From IMG/VR virus record IMGVR_UViG_3300029554_000001: DNA of 64,000 bases, one strand, 5' to 3'. A model generated the notes under the pieces. That model saw nothing but the letters and a program-made list of their open reading frames with translations. It searched no databases and was not told the origin of the DNA. This stretch comes from a virus. Made by a program: the position numbers and the translations under genes. Shown piece by piece: positions 45,056-55,312 of the stretch; the stretch's first letter is position 1; every line of letters starts with the position of its first letter.

Positions 45056-45631
45056 TTATTCCCCAGTAATCTCAGAATAATTTTCTTGGATGGAACGAAT
45101 TCTATCCTCGTCAACTTTAATTCTGCGCTCAATTTCTTTCATAAGAGCAGAACGGAAAAGATTATAAATGTTATAATCATCCCATTTAACGAGCCAACCA
45201 TCTTTGTCCTCACCCCATTCAGAAGAATAATACTCTTCATCAGGATTTAAGAAACAGGTACTTGCGATACCCCCGTTTATTGAGCACTTAAGGAAGTAGC
45301 CTTTGTCTTTACCAACGGAGCTATAAGAAAGCCACATGCGGCAACGTTCACCAGTATCGTCCCTACAAAAAGAAATTCTCAAGAAATTATCAATCGTACC
45401 CCTCATATTGAAACTTGTAGCTGTCTCACACAACCCGAGAAGCTGATTGCAAATTTCAGTCCATTTAGCAGAACCAATAGCTTTAATACGAGGAAGGTAA
45501 AATTCCTCAGTGCGCGAGAGTGTAGCCTTAGTGTCATTCATCTTTTTAATGAGTTCCATCATTTCGGTGTCTTCATTCTCCTTGCAAGTAACAGTAACGG
45601 TCATGTTCTCATAAGTCTTAGTGTTAGTCAT
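45056..45631 (-). CDS. hypothetical protein, paralogue of 44438-44989
   Basis: ORF + SD AAAGGG; shared N-terminal and C-terminal (DKDGWL(A/V)KWD(E/D)Y) blocks. Confidence 0.65.
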   Translation of the reverse strand: MTNTKTYENMTVTVTCKENEDTEMMELIKKMNDTKATLSRTEEFYLPRIKAIGSAKWTEICNQLLGLCETATSFNMRGTIDNFLRISFCRDDTGERCRMWLSYSSVGKDKGYFLKCSINGGIASTCFLNPDEEYYSSEWGEDKDGWLVKWDDYNIYNLFRSALMKEIERRIKVDEDRIRSIQENYSEITGE

Positions 45632-45704
45632 AATACAACCCTTTCTCCCCGTATAGCCGTTAGGTCAGCTTAAATATTAGTTGCTTGTTGTTGCTTAAGG
45701 TTAA

Positions 45705-47321
45705 TTAGTCACGAGGAGTAACACGAACTTTGAGCTTGTTTTTCTTGGCATACTCACAAATAGCTTTGTACTCGTCCTCAGTGATACTACGGTTGGAAGC
45801 TCCTCTTGCCTGAACAATAGCTTCGTTTTCAATTTCAATAGTAACAAGAGACTTGTCAGTATCTTTAGTCTTACGAAGTAAAACAATCAGACAATTTCTC
45901 TTGATTATTCTGCTCAGGTAACTATACACACAATGATTCAACTCAGAACCTTCGCGTTTAACATCATCTGCATTCTTAGGACGAACAATACTGTATGTCT
46001 TATCCTCTGTAACAAAAGGCTTGAAATCTTTATAAGCCTTTTCAAACATCTCAGCCTGTTCCTCGGTAAGCTTGATTTCATAGTTGCGAGAAGTGATATC
46101 ATGAGTCTGCTTAAGGTAAGAGCTGTAAAGAGTAGGCTTGATATCCATGGAAACGCACATATCAAGATAATCACGAAGTTCGCCCATAAACGAGTTTAAA
46201 CTCTTAAAACCTTGGTTGACAGCCTCTTCACAAACATAATCCATAAACTTACCAAAAGTATAGAACTGATAGAATTTGGAATTTCTATAAGAAGTATAAT
46301 TCCTAAGATAAGCAGATAGAGTGCTAGTGAAAACATTTCCACCATACCCACCAATCTGGACATGGTTGAATTGAAATTCTTCGTCCCAATACTTAGCTTT
46401 TTCAATGATATCAAACCATTCCTGATTCGTGTAATGGCAGAAATCCTCTAAAGTTTGTCCACCGTTGTAACCATAATACTGAGTATCCTCGTCTTTCTTA
46501 AAAGCGGAACCAACAATAGACTGCAAATTCATCCAATCATCAAGAATGTTTCTGTCATTGGCTTCTTTATACTCTGCCTTGGTAAGATGAACAAGTTTGT
46601 AAACAGGTTCAGCAGTTTCAATCTTAAGACTAAGAAGAGCGTTTTGAATAGATTTGGGAGCAGTACGGAAGATGATTTCAGCAGATTTATTTCTACTTAA
46701 TGCGAATCTCAATTCTCTGAAAGTATAGTTAACGCCAATATTTTCAACGGGAATATCCCAAACTTGAGAGATAAAAGAAACTGCACTGTCACCCATTCCA
46801 GCTTCATAAACAGGAGCATTACCATCACTAACAGGTTTTGCATTAGGTTCAAGAATAGGAATTAACTGTTCACCATCCATGATAAAGTTGCAAGAGGAAT
46901 TGTTGGTGGCAATTCTATATCTGTAATGACGAGATACAATAGCACCAAGAGGGAAGCAATAGCCAACATTGACCCAGAAATCACCGCCTTTCAAATTAAT
47001 TTCTTTAATGATAAAAGTGTCGGGTAAAAGACAGTCACGATTGACAGGAGCACCAGTGAATAAATCAAAATACCACTGAAAATCAGAACGGTTCGAACTG
47101 TAATGAACAATGACTTTCTTTCCAAGAGGAGTAAAATCACTATTATAGCGATTGTTCTGAACCTTGGTCATTTCAACTCTTGCTTCTTCAAGCTCATCAG
47201 AGAGCTTTTTAATACGAGCGTTAATTTCTTTCTCTTTGGCAGAGATTTCATAGTTGTTGAAAAAGCTCTCATAATCATGAATGGAGGACTTGTAGAAGTT
47301 AGCAATAGCAGTGTTAGACAT
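45705..47321 (-). CDS. PcfJ-like domain protein (538 aa)
   Basis: C-terminal EGSELNHCVYSYLSRIIKRNCLIVLLRK...VTIEI...QARGASN resembles the PcfJ-like domain. AAAGGAAA SD before ATG 47321. Confidence 0.55.
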   Translation of the reverse strand: MSNTAIANFYKSSIHDYESFFNNYEISAKEKEINARIKKLSDELEEARVEMTKVQNNRYNSDFTPLGKKVIVHYSSNRSDFQWYFDLFTGAPVNRDCLLPDTFIIKEINLKGGDFWVNVGYCFPLGAIVSRHYRYRIATNNSSCNFIMDGEQLIPILEPNAKPVSDGNAPVYEAGMGDSAVSFISQVWDIPVENIGVNYTFRELRFALSRNKSAEIIFRTAPKSIQNALLSLKIETAEPVYKLVHLTKAEYKEANDRNILDDWMNLQSIVGSAFKKDEDTQYYGYNGGQTLEDFCHYTNQEWFDIIEKAKYWDEEFQFNHVQIGGYGGNVFTSTLSAYLRNYTSYRNSKFYQFYTFGKFMDYVCEEAVNQGFKSLNSFMGELRDYLDMCVSMDIKPTLYSSYLKQTHDITSRNYEIKLTEEQAEMFEKAYKDFKPFVTEDKTYSIVRPKNADDVKREGSELNHCVYSYLSRIIKRNCLIVLLRKTKDTDKSLVTIEIENEAIVQARGASNRSITEDEYKAICEYAKKNKLKVRVTPRD

Positions 47322-47386
47322 AATCAATTTTCCTTTCTTAATTAGACAAAATGTTTGTAGTGACTATATATTAAAGGTAGGAGGGA

Positions 47387-48061
47387 TTAACCCTCCTTTA
47401 CCTTTTTACAGAAAGCTTTGTATTTCTGACTATTGAGGACCCCAAGAATCTTATCTTTAGCTTCGGGCTGACTCTTATAGTAGTCGGAGTTATAGCCAAA
47501 GTGTCTCTGATAAATCATATCAGGATTTTTCTCCAGTAATGCTTCAAGAGGACAATACAGGCTTACAGTAACTTTTTCGCCGTTGTACTTGTAAGGCATT
47601 TTGATATAGATATCACATGAACCATAGCCGCACGTAGGAACATAAGCACTGAATTCGTATTTCTTCAGATAAGGATAAGCCATGAAAATTGCCTCTCTGA
47701 AACTCTTAATAAGATGGGCATTTTGATATTCAAGAGGGACAACATACTGGTAAGCATCTTCGTAATGGTCTCTTTTCCAACCATTACGTTCTTCTGTGAA
47801 TCTAAAATTTCTCTTGATTTCAGGGAGACGTGTGTAATGGGTTTCATAGTAGCTAACATTATTCGAAGATATAGGGATATACTTAATACCACAGACATCT
47901 TTCATTTTGATTTTCTCAGTCACAAGCCAGAGAAGGACATGGGTAGGGAAGCACTTTTCCCACACATCCCATTCTTGGATGAATTTCTTAGCTCTTTCGT
48001 ATCCAACAAATTCATCATTGCGATAAGTACCCTGATATTCAGCATAAATAGCCATAGTCAT
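47387..48061 (-). CDS. hypothetical protein (224 aa)
   Basis: ORF + SD AAAGGAA; the start could be the second ATG (48055). Confidence 0.6.
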   Translation of the reverse strand: MTMAIYAEYQGTYRNDEFVGYERAKKFIQEWDVWEKCFPTHVLLWLVTEKIKMKDVCGIKYIPISSNNVSYYETHYTRLPEIKRNFRFTEERNGWKRDHYEDAYQYVVPLEYQNAHLIKSFREAIFMAYPYLKKYEFSAYVPTCGYGSCDIYIKMPYKYNGEKVTVSLYCPLEALLEKNPDMIYQRHFGYNSDYYKSQPEAKDKILGVLNSQKYKAFCKKVKEG

Positions 48062-48131
48062 AATTCCTTTCTTTTCAATAGATGTGTTGTTGTTTATGTT
48101 TGTTATTTATATTTGAGTTTTGTTCTCTTTT

Positions 48132-48335
48132 TTAATAAGTGGGATTAGCTTTAGAAAGTTCCCAAGATTCTTTTTTCAGCAATGCATGAGCTTCTTCATA
48201 AGCAGTAAAAAATTCTTGGTCAGTTTTGTAATCACCCATGCTATGAACCATTTCTCTGATATAGTCATCCATGAAGGGAATAGATGCTTCAAAATCGACC
48301 AAAGCGCCACTGAGATTTTCTACTAAAGTAATCAT
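48132..48335 (-). CDS. hypothetical protein (67 aa)
   Basis: AAAGGAG-8 nt-ATG 48335. Confidence 0.55.
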   Translation of the reverse strand: MITLVENLSGALVDFEASIPFMDDYIREMVHSMGDYKTDQEFFTAYEEAHALLKKESWELSKANPTY

Positions 48336-48354
48336 TGTTATATCTCCTTTCTTT

Positions 48355-48549
48355 TTAAGTGTCAATAGCCAAATTCTTTACACAATATCCATACTTTTCT
48401 TCAAGGTTTTCACAAATAGAGTCTTCTATATCTCTTAAAAAACTGGTACAAAGGTCATCGTACTCAAGGTCAACTTCAGATGGAAGGCTTTCACTGGGGA
48501 TATCGTTTTCATCAGTGTCCCATTCAATATTGGTAACGTGAATAATCAT
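48355..48549 (-). CDS. hypothetical acidic protein (64 aa)
   Basis: AAAGGAG-7 nt-ATG 48549. Confidence 0.55.
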   Translation of the reverse strand: MIIHVTNIEWDTDENDIPSESLPSEVDLEYDDLCTSFLRDIEDSICENLEEKYGYCVKNLAIDT

Positions 48550-48623
48550 ATTCAATCTCCTTTCTTAAATGAGAGGGAGAGATATTTCGCTCTCCCTCAT
48601 GTTGATTGTTTGAACAGTTGAAA

Positions 48624-49115
48624 TTAAACAGAGGGTCTACCAAGCCATTCAATGTTGTCTGCCTTGATAGTCATACAACCAGTCTCATTGGAAGACGTGA
48701 AATAACTATCAGGAACAAAACCAGTCTTACGAAGGTCTTCCTTAGAAATAGGCTTCCCATTGAGATAGTGCTGGACCTTGGGCTTATTGGGCGTATCGTA
48801 CACACGGAGATACTCATTATACTCACCCTTCTTATTGGTGTGGCAGATGATACGATTGCTGTTATCCTTCCACTGACCCCAAGGAAGCTTAGAAGCAGTA
48901 TCAATAGGGATATTCTTCTCAGCAGCCTTTGCGATTGCCTTCTTGGTATGCTTGTAGTTGACACCGATACGGTAAGTACCGATAACACGCTTAAGAACAG
49001 AGACACCAGCTTTACGACCGAGAGCAGAGAGAGTCACATCGGAAACGTAAGCCATCTTGAAGAACTGACCAGCGGGGATAGAGTTGACCTTGAGGTTGAA
49101 ATAAGTGTTATTCAT
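48624..49115 (-). CDS. hypothetical basic protein (163 aa)
   Basis: ORF + SD AAAGGAAA; GC-richer codon usage than the plus block. Confidence 0.65.
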   Translation of the reverse strand: MNNTYFNLKVNSIPAGQFFKMAYVSDVTLSALGRKAGVSVLKRVIGTYRIGVNYKHTKKAIAKAAEKNIPIDTASKLPWGQWKDNSNRIICHTNKKGEYNEYLRVYDTPNKPKVQHYLNGKPISKEDLRKTGFVPDSYFTSSNETGCMTIKADNIEWLGRPSV

Positions 49116-49194
49116 GATATTTCCTTTCTGCCCGTAAACCCGATAGCACAGGATAATAAATTGGTTTATTGTGGATTGTTATGTGAGAAAACGA

Positions 49195-49497
49195 TTAGAT
49201 GTCAATTTCGATGATTTTACCATCCCAGTTATCGTGATTGTAAGTCTCAGCCCATGCAGATGTATCATTGAAGTTGTTTTCATCATCAAGAATATCATCA
49301 TCTACAAGAGACTCAATAGCTTCTTCCAGCTCGTCCATCGTAGAGATGTTGCAAAAGTTATAATTATCTACATCAATATGCCGACAAGCTTCGATAAACA
49401 GCTCAAATAAATGAATCTGAGCTTTCTCCATAGTGTCGAAGAACTCAGGTTCACCAATTTCACGCTCACAGCAATCAATAACCATAAACTTCTTCAT
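49195..49497 (-). CDS. small acidic protein, paralogue of 56918-57220
   Basis: MKKFMV(I/T)D(C/T)CEREIG...NHDNWDGKI(I/F)EI(D/E)I; roughly two-thirds identical by eye. Confidence 0.65.
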   Translation of the reverse strand: MKKFMVIDCCEREIGEPEFFDTMEKAQIHLFELFIEACRHIDVDNYNFCNISTMDELEEAIESLVDDDILDDENNFNDTSAWAETYNHDNWDGKIIEIDI

Positions 49498-49536
49498 AAT
49501 TTTTATTTCCTTTCTTCAATCAAATGTTGTTTGTTG

Positions 49537-49686
49537 TTACTCGCCTTTAATCACATTTACAAGCAGATGATAAATCATTTCATCCGCAGCTTCGGCATCC
49601 TGCATCATAACGGTTACTTCATCGAAAGCAACATCGTTAATCACTCTGAATGTAGCTCTATCCTTATTCTGGATAATTGTAATCAT
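49537..49686 (-). CDS. hypothetical protein (49 aa)
   Basis: ATGA overlap with the upstream stop; fills a gap below the track cutoff. Confidence 0.4.
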   Translation of the reverse strand: MITIIQNKDRATFRVINDVAFDEVTVMMQDAEAADEMIYHLLVNVIKGE

Positions 49687-50024
49687 TTATTTGCGCCTCC
49701 TTCAAAATAATATTCAGAACAATGAAAAGCTTTTTCAAGCGCGTTCTTGATACTCATGAGCTTGTAGCCACATTTTCTTTGCTGTTCTGCCAGCCCTTCG
49801 TAATACATAGATTCTGCCTGTGTGTTAGAACCTAATGCCCAGATATGTTTATTACGAGCATCAGCAAAGTGCTCCCCAATTGCACCATCAAGCGCATGAT
49901 AGAGAGCTAGAACTTCATCAAGAGTATCAAACTCAAGGATAGCTTTCCAACTACCGGGACATGCTTTCTTAATCATGTGTTCGTCAATGATTTTGTTAGT
50001 GGGCTTGTAAGCGATAGTGTTCAT
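49683..50024 (-). CDS. hypothetical protein (113 aa)
   Basis: ORF + SD AAAGGAA. Confidence 0.6.
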   Translation of the reverse strand: MNTIAYKPTNKIIDEHMIKKACPGSWKAILEFDTLDEVLALYHALDGAIGEHFADARNKHIWALGSNTQAESMYYEGLAEQQRKCGYKLMSIKNALEKAFHCSEYYFEGGANK

Positions 50025-50080
50025 AGTTAAATTCCTTTCTTAATTAAGTGTGTTGTTTGTAGGTATTATGTGAGTGTGGA

Positions 50081-50506
50081 TTACGGAGTCGCAATCCACA
50101 CAACAGCAATGTAGTCATCAGATGTTTCTTTAGTCCCATTATTATCCATGGTGAGAATATAAGGAGCATCTTCGTATACAGCCATATTAGTTTCAAGAGT
50201 ATAAATACCATCGAAACCTTCATCCTGAGTTACATTGAGAACTCTGAAACGATATTCTCCATGTTCTACATCAGAATCTACAAGTTCTGCATAAACAGGA
50301 TAAGTGTTTTCTTCAAACTTTGCTTCGGGAAGGTTGCTGGGAGGGATAGGAGCGTTAGTCTTAGCTAACTGTTCCTGTAATTCTTCCACTTGCGTAAGGT
50401 AATCCTTCACAGAATCACCCAAAGCTGCAACTCTTTCTCTGCTGTTGAGATACATAAAGGTCATGAGGATTGCGATGATGAGGACAAACAAATTAATCTT
50501 CTTCAT
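50081..50506 (-). CDS. secreted or membrane-anchored protein (141 aa)
   Basis: AAAGGAG-8 nt-ATG 50506; N-terminal MKKINLFVLIIAILMTFMYL signal/anchor. Confidence 0.6.
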   Translation of the reverse strand: MKKINLFVLIIAILMTFMYLNSRERVAALGDSVKDYLTQVEELQEQLAKTNAPIPPSNLPEAKFEENTYPVYAELVDSDVEHGEYRFRVLNVTQDEGFDGIYTLETNMAVYEDAPYILTMDNNGTKETSDDYIAVVWIATP

Positions 50507-50525
50507 TTTTTTATTCTCCTTTCGA

Positions 50526-51536
50526 TTAAGCGGCAATACGATTCCAAACAGAGTTCAGAATAGGCATGGTGTTAACTGCAACAGCCGTGAACGCTCCCGT
50601 AGTGGTAGACTTAGAAGATTTACGCATCTGAGTGGGATGACTCTCAAAGTCAGAAATTGCATTCAAAGCTTTCCAAGCTGTGTTATTGAAGTTCTGAAGG
50701 TCATCCTGATTGTAAGCTGTCATAAGCTTTTCAATCATAGCCAAATTACGAATCTGGATAATCTCAGAATCCTCAGTCTTAACAGGGAAGAGCTCACGAG
50801 CAAGAGCTTCGAATGCTTCCTTGGAATAAGGAGTGACCGCAAGCTTTTCAGCCTCAACCTTAAGACGCTCAAGATAGTTGGTATTCTGAAGCAGAATAGT
50901 TTTAGCCTGTTCCAACTTGGCCTGCATGGAATTGCTGTGACGAATACTTACACGGTTCTCTGCTCCCTTGGTTGCACGAGCGATACAGTTGGAACAGAAG
51001 ATACGGATGCTGATGAACATCGCCTGAATTGCCTTAGAACCATCATGGCTATTAAGGAACATCATGGTGGGCAAGAACTCATCATCCAGAATCTTCATGG
51101 GCTCGGTAGACATGGTGATGAAGCTCTTGGCTCCATTGGGCCCATAGCTACCAGCAGTTTCAAACTTAGCACCTCCCAAAGCAAGAGAGTCCAAGAAGTC
51201 AAAAGCCTCACGATTCTGAAGAATGTTGTAGTTCTTACCAACAATACCCAGAGGTGCATTGGTATCAGTACGAATGGTTGCAAACTGGTCAGGGATGATA
51301 AAAGGAGTATCAACCAGAATCTTCTGGTCATTCCATTCCTGTTCAACCTTGTTCACAAACTGGATAGGACGCTTTTCGACGGAGTAATCCAGACCACTGA
51401 GCTTGAGAGCAGACTCAAGAGAGGTTACGTTCTCAAGAGTGATACCCATATCTTCGTAGTACTTCTTACGAGGAGTGTTCTCAACGGCTTCCAGAACAGC
51501 ATTGACCTTTTTAGTGTCATAGTTAGCGATTCCCAT
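50526..51536 (-). CDS. DUF932-domain protein (phage/plasmid-like protein, TIGR03299-type)
   Basis: NYNILQNREAFDFLD...ETAGSYGPNGAKSF...MFLNSHDGSKA...RIFCSNC...SIRHS matches the DUF932 pattern. AAAGGAAA SD before ATG 51536; minus promoter at 51603-51631. Confidence 0.75.
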   Translation of the reverse strand: MGIANYDTKKVNAVLEAVENTPRKKYYEDMGITLENVTSLESALKLSGLDYSVEKRPIQFVNKVEQEWNDQKILVDTPFIIPDQFATIRTDTNAPLGIVGKNYNILQNREAFDFLDSLALGGAKFETAGSYGPNGAKSFITMSTEPMKILDDEFLPTMMFLNSHDGSKAIQAMFISIRIFCSNCIARATKGAENRVSIRHSNSMQAKLEQAKTILLQNTNYLERLKVEAEKLAVTPYSKEAFEALARELFPVKTEDSEIIQIRNLAMIEKLMTAYNQDDLQNFNNTAWKALNAISDFESHPTQMRKSSKSTTTGAFTAVAVNTMPILNSVWNRIAA

Positions 51537-51602
51537 AAAAATTTCCTTTCCGAGCATTAGCTCTAAACAAATGTATTGTGTTGTTTGATTTAAGATGAGA
51601 TT

Positions 51603-51631
51603 ATTATAAATCCCAAATCCGTAAATGTCAA
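51603..51631 (-). promoter_or_regulatory. minus-strand sigma70-like promoter upstream of the DUF932 gene
   Basis: Reverse complement reads AATACTTGACA-N17-TATAAT. Confidence 0.6.
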
Positions 51632-51658
51632 GTATTTAAACCAAATAAAGTAAATTAT

Positions 51659-51823
51659 TTAGTAAGAATACTTCCAAAGTAAGTCAAAGAGTTCCTTAAT
51701 AAGCTTTTCAGCTTCATCATGGTCTGCTTTGGGCATACAACTATCGGAATTAATATCCTCTTTTAACTTAGCGAGGATGTCGAGATAGCTAAGGTCAGTT
51801 TCGACGGTGGTTTTAATTTTCAT
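51659..51823 (-). CDS. hypothetical protein (54 aa)
   Basis: AAAGGAAA SD; below the track cutoff. Confidence 0.45.
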   Translation of the reverse strand: MKIKTTVETDLSYLDILAKLKEDINSDSCMPKADHDEAEKLIKELFDLLWKYSY

Positions 51824-51851
51824 TTTGTTTCCTTTCTGTACTAAAAAGTAC

Positions 51852-51880
51852 TTGACAAGATTGATGTTATGTGTTAATAT
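51852..51880 (+). promoter_or_regulatory. plus-strand sigma70-like promoter inside the minus block
   Basis: TTGACA-N17-TAATAT with upstream TGTGT. Confidence 0.55.
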
Positions 51881-51952
51881 ATGTATAGATGATAAGAAGA
51901 ATCCTATACTTCTTACTTACCATCTATACATCTTCGTAATTAATGTGTGAGA

Positions 51953-52024
51953 TTAATTACGGTTATAGATAATCATTATCTACATGAGATTGTAGAAATA
52001 ATTAACGTAGAAGATTCTCTACAT
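51953..52024 (-). CDS. ATG-TAG small peptide, member b: MXRIFYVNYFYNLMXIMIIYNRN
   Basis: AAAGGAG-9 nt-ATG TAG; second ATG TAG in frame at 51985-51980. The C-terminal IYNRN is shared with member e. Confidence 0.4.
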
Positions 52025-52147
52025 GGCTTTCAACTCCTTTCCTCCTTAGACAAGGGACAATTATATAACAGTTTATAGGAACTGATTATATTAGAATAAG
52101 AGAATCGCCTATACAATTCTCTTAGTGAATTATTTTAGTTTAAACTA

Positions 52148-52228
52148 TTAAAGTTCGTATGCTCCGCCAAGAACAATAGAACAATAATAAACATTAAACT
52201 AATAGTTTATTTGTTTGACTGTCTACAT
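52148..52228 (-). CDS. ATG-TAG small peptide, member c: MXTVKQINYXFNVYYCSIVLGGAYEL
   Basis: AAAGGAG-7 nt-ATG TAG; homologous to member a (KQINYxFNVYY). Confidence 0.45.
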
Positions 52229-52304
52229 AGACATTCTCCTTTCCATTTAGCACTAATATATAAACAGTTTATAGGAACTGATTATATCAAGAAAGAGCAG
52301 GATT

Positions 52305-52484
52305 TTATTCCTGCTCTTTTTCTATTGTGTACAAATACTGCTTTCGCTTTTCTTTGTACTGCTTATTGATTTTGTACCGATAATTGCCATGAGTCTTACG
52401 CTGGATTCCTTCACAGCGGTCATAGTACATACCATCGTACTGGGGATACTCTGTGATAGCATTGTTAGGTGTACGTTTAGACAT
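52305..52484 (-). CDS. hypothetical basic protein (59 aa)
   Basis: GGAGGG-8 nt-ATG 52484, ATGTCTAA overlap with the upstream stop. The C-terminal EKEQE codons overlap a plus-strand terminator hairpin. Confidence 0.5.
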   Translation of the reverse strand: MSKRTPNNAITEYPQYDGMYYDRCEGIQRKTHGNYRYKINKQYKEKRKQYLYTIEKEQE

Positions 52485-54816
52485 AACTTTTGCCCTCCAA
52501 ACCATATTCTTTAGCATCAAGTTTACTGCTACTTGCACTATAACCTTGACCTTTGTTGAGTACAATGTTTACAGGACATTTAATTCCCTTCTCATGAATC
52601 CAGTTAATTACAAACTTAACTGCATCAGGTTCGTTTCCAAGCCAACGATTGTAAAGTCCATGAATTTGAATGACTTCATTGTGGGTGTTGACTTCAATCG
52701 TAAAGAAAGGAATATCAATATTTTCATTCTTTCTTAAAAATAGAATGTTTGTTCTACCTTCTGCAACACGACTAATATAACCACCAACACAATGATGAAG
52801 ATATACACCTTCTTTCGTAATTTTGTTCATCTCTTCAGGAACAACGATAGAGAAATTATCATCAGCATACTCAAACTTTTCTTTGCGTTGGTCATAAAGT
52901 TTAGCTGCTAACTTATTTAACCTCTCTTGTTCTTCTTTGTTTCTTGCTTCTTTGTCTGTAATGTTGATTTCAATCAGCATATTGTGATAACGATGAAGCT
53001 CATTCACATCTTTACAGGCGTACAAATCAATATTTGGTCTGTTAGTGTTTGAAATTTGCTTAAACAGGTTGAGAGCATCAGAAAAGATTCTGAACACGTC
53101 TTCTTGCTGACCTTTCTTATCGGTTTTTTCCTGAAGACGCATAAGCTTGAGAAGATTCTTTTTATTCTTTTCATTTTGTTCAGGAGTTAATGACTGGATA
53201 TCTCTTTCTTTGTTTATATACAAGCTTTCTTTCCAAGAATTTCTTCTACGAGAATCAAAAGTGTACACACTGTTATTTACTCCAACAAAATACAAAAACT
53301 CACGATAGTTAGAATGAACATTATTCATTCTTTTTGCCATGGTAAAGTAAAAGTCGGAATCTTTGTCAGTAATAGAAGAAAGATTTTTAACGCCAGCAAC
53401 AAATTGAACGATTTCAATTACACATCGAGGAGTATAGGTCGCGCCTGTGTAAATATAAGTTGGACTGTTAGGGCTCTTTTTCTTTTCCTCAAACATCTTA
53501 TCCACCAATTCAAGCTGGTGCTTGTTCATGCCACTAAGCTCATAAATGTTTGCAGATTTAGAATATTTTCTAAATCCAAAAAGATGTTCAATATCAGATT
53601 TTGCAGATGCACTCATGAGATAATTGGCGATGTATTTATATCTAGCTTTGTAAAATTGTTCGATGGCAGGACATCTAAGAGTGTAAATAATCCTGAGAAT
53701 TAAGGAATTTGTTTTAGTCATAATGTCACTATCATTGATGATAGAAGAGATATAAAACAATCTCTTAAACTTAAACATGTCCTCAAAACCTTTGAAGAAA
53801 CAGACATTATCAGAAGGAATTCCAATATCTGAAGAACTGGACACTCTAAATACAACATTTTTACTAAGAGTTGAAGCGGGATTGAAGATTGTTACTTTTC
53901 CCTTGTTGTCAATGAGAATTCGTGTCTGTTCTTCGAACTTGAAATAACCACCAAACTGACGAATGACACAGTAATTTTCATTTAAAATATTAAATGTCCA
54001 AATTGTATCTTTGTATTCAGTGTGGTACTCATTATTCCAAGAGTTTTTAACATCAATGGCCTTCTTAGGATATAACTGACGAAGTTCGTCTAAATTAACA
54101 GTTGGTAAACTATTAACAATTTCAGAAATATCCGCTGATGATTTGGAGACGGTACGAGGATACGCCATTTTATAATAATCAGCGAATGTATAAGGAGTCC
54201 ATTGTGTCCATCTGATTCTCGGATTGCTTTCCTTTTCGGTAAATTCCTCAATTGCTTGAGAAAAATGGAAATGGTAAACAGCCTTATACAAATCATGTTG
54301 AAGGAAATGAACAAATCCTAAACTATAGAATTTACCTCCTTTAGATTTAAATGCGATGTCTCCATTAACATCAAATGGAGCAGGGCAATTCTTGAAAAGG
54401 AAATAACGCTCCATAAAATAGTAGTTTCTTTTCTCTTCAGGAATCTTTCTAATGTTGATTGTCATTATGCCAAATACAAGCATTTCAAATTCAGGGTAAT
54501 ATTTGGCATAAGCAACTTTTGCATTTTTACCAGAACCAACCACAATTGTGTGGGATTGAATATTACTCACATTGAAATGACCAGTTACTCCTTTACGATA
54601 CTGTCCAATAGTATCATTATGCTGAATAATTTCATACTCTCCTCTCAGCAAGTGGAAAGCTTTACCATTTGCTTTCTGTTGCCAATATACAGTGATATCA
54701 GGGCAACTATTAAGATTGGGATTAGCTCCTTCTTTAGTTGAGAGGAACTTTTTTACAGTGGCTTTGTTCTTTTCAATGATTTCGTTGGGAATGTTGTCAA
54801 TGTAAGTGGTGTTCAT
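52477..54816 (-). CDS. PcfJ-like domain protein (779 aa)
   Basis: C-terminal EGVYLHHCVGGYISRVAEGRTNILFLRK...FTIEV...QIHGLYN (PcfJ-like); AAAGGAAA SD. Confidence 0.6.
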   Translation of the reverse strand: MNTTYIDNIPNEIIEKNKATVKKFLSTKEGANPNLNSCPDITVYWQQKANGKAFHLLRGEYEIIQHNDTIGQYRKGVTGHFNVSNIQSHTIVVGSGKNAKVAYAKYYPEFEMLVFGIMTINIRKIPEEKRNYYFMERYFLFKNCPAPFDVNGDIAFKSKGGKFYSLGFVHFLQHDLYKAVYHFHFSQAIEEFTEKESNPRIRWTQWTPYTFADYYKMAYPRTVSKSSADISEIVNSLPTVNLDELRQLYPKKAIDVKNSWNNEYHTEYKDTIWTFNILNENYCVIRQFGGYFKFEEQTRILIDNKGKVTIFNPASTLSKNVVFRVSSSSDIGIPSDNVCFFKGFEDMFKFKRLFYISSIINDSDIMTKTNSLILRIIYTLRCPAIEQFYKARYKYIANYLMSASAKSDIEHLFGFRKYSKSANIYELSGMNKHQLELVDKMFEEKKKSPNSPTYIYTGATYTPRCVIEIVQFVAGVKNLSSITDKDSDFYFTMAKRMNNVHSNYREFLYFVGVNNSVYTFDSRRRNSWKESLYINKERDIQSLTPEQNEKNKKNLLKLMRLQEKTDKKGQQEDVFRIFSDALNLFKQISNTNRPNIDLYACKDVNELHRYHNMLIEINITDKEARNKEEQERLNKLAAKLYDQRKEKFEYADDNFSIVVPEEMNKITKEGVYLHHCVGGYISRVAEGRTNILFLRKNENIDIPFFTIEVNTHNEVIQIHGLYNRWLGNEPDAVKFVINWIHEKGIKCPVNIVLNKGQGYSASSSKLDAKEYGLEGKSYV

Positions 54817-54864
54817 TTTCTGAATTTCCTTTCATTTTTAAATTAGTTGATTATGTTGGCTGAG

Positions 54865-55215
54865 TTATTCTTCATCTTTCCATTTGTCATATTCGGGCAT
54901 AGGTTCAACTCCTTCCATTTCTTTTGTTTTTGGATTCCAATAAATTCTTTTGCCACACACACTAGGAGAATAAAAATTATTGCGCCACTCCTTAGTTGCT
55001 TTGTGTTCTGCTCCCATTTTTACAATTAAAACAGGTAAAACAATGAAAATTAATGTGAATAAGTCCACAACGGTAATAGCAATTACTGGGGTAAAAACAA
55101 TGATTACTGGAATATTATAACCGCCAATGTATTTGATTATACACATAACAACTGTAGCTACAACAAGGATGTAATTAAATGTAGCTCTGATATTATTGTT
55201 ATTATTGTTATTCAT
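54865..55215 (-). CDS. membrane protein with poly-Asn N-terminus (116 aa)
   Basis: AAAGGAAA-8 nt-ATG 55215; three hydrophobic segments. Confidence 0.55.
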   Translation of the reverse strand: MNNNNNNNIRATFNYILVVATVVMCIIKYIGGYNIPVIIVFTPVIAITVVDLFTLIFIVLPVLIVKMGAEHKATKEWRNNFYSPSVCGKRIYWNPKTKEMEGVEPMPEYDKWKDEE

Positions 55216-55312
55216 TTCTAAATTTCCTTTCTTTAAAGTGGAGAGGGTATATTTCAACCCTCTCCTATTTTGTTGTTAATCTGATGAGAATTTATAGATA
55301 AGTAATTAAGAA

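Larger units (their letters stand above)
51882..52322 (+). ncRNA. predicted antisense RNA(s) covering peptide ORFs b and c
   Basis: Promoter 51852-51880; 5' hairpin ~51884-51930. Internal hairpin with GCCTATACA loop ~52097-52130. Terminator 52294-52316 plus T-run. Confidence 0.35.

Noticed and set aside
50445-51560. 371-aa plus-strand ORF in the track
   Set aside because: It lies exactly antisense to the well-supported DUF932 gene (50526-51536). It has no SD, and its Ser/Leu/Arg-rich composition is typical of a shadow frame.
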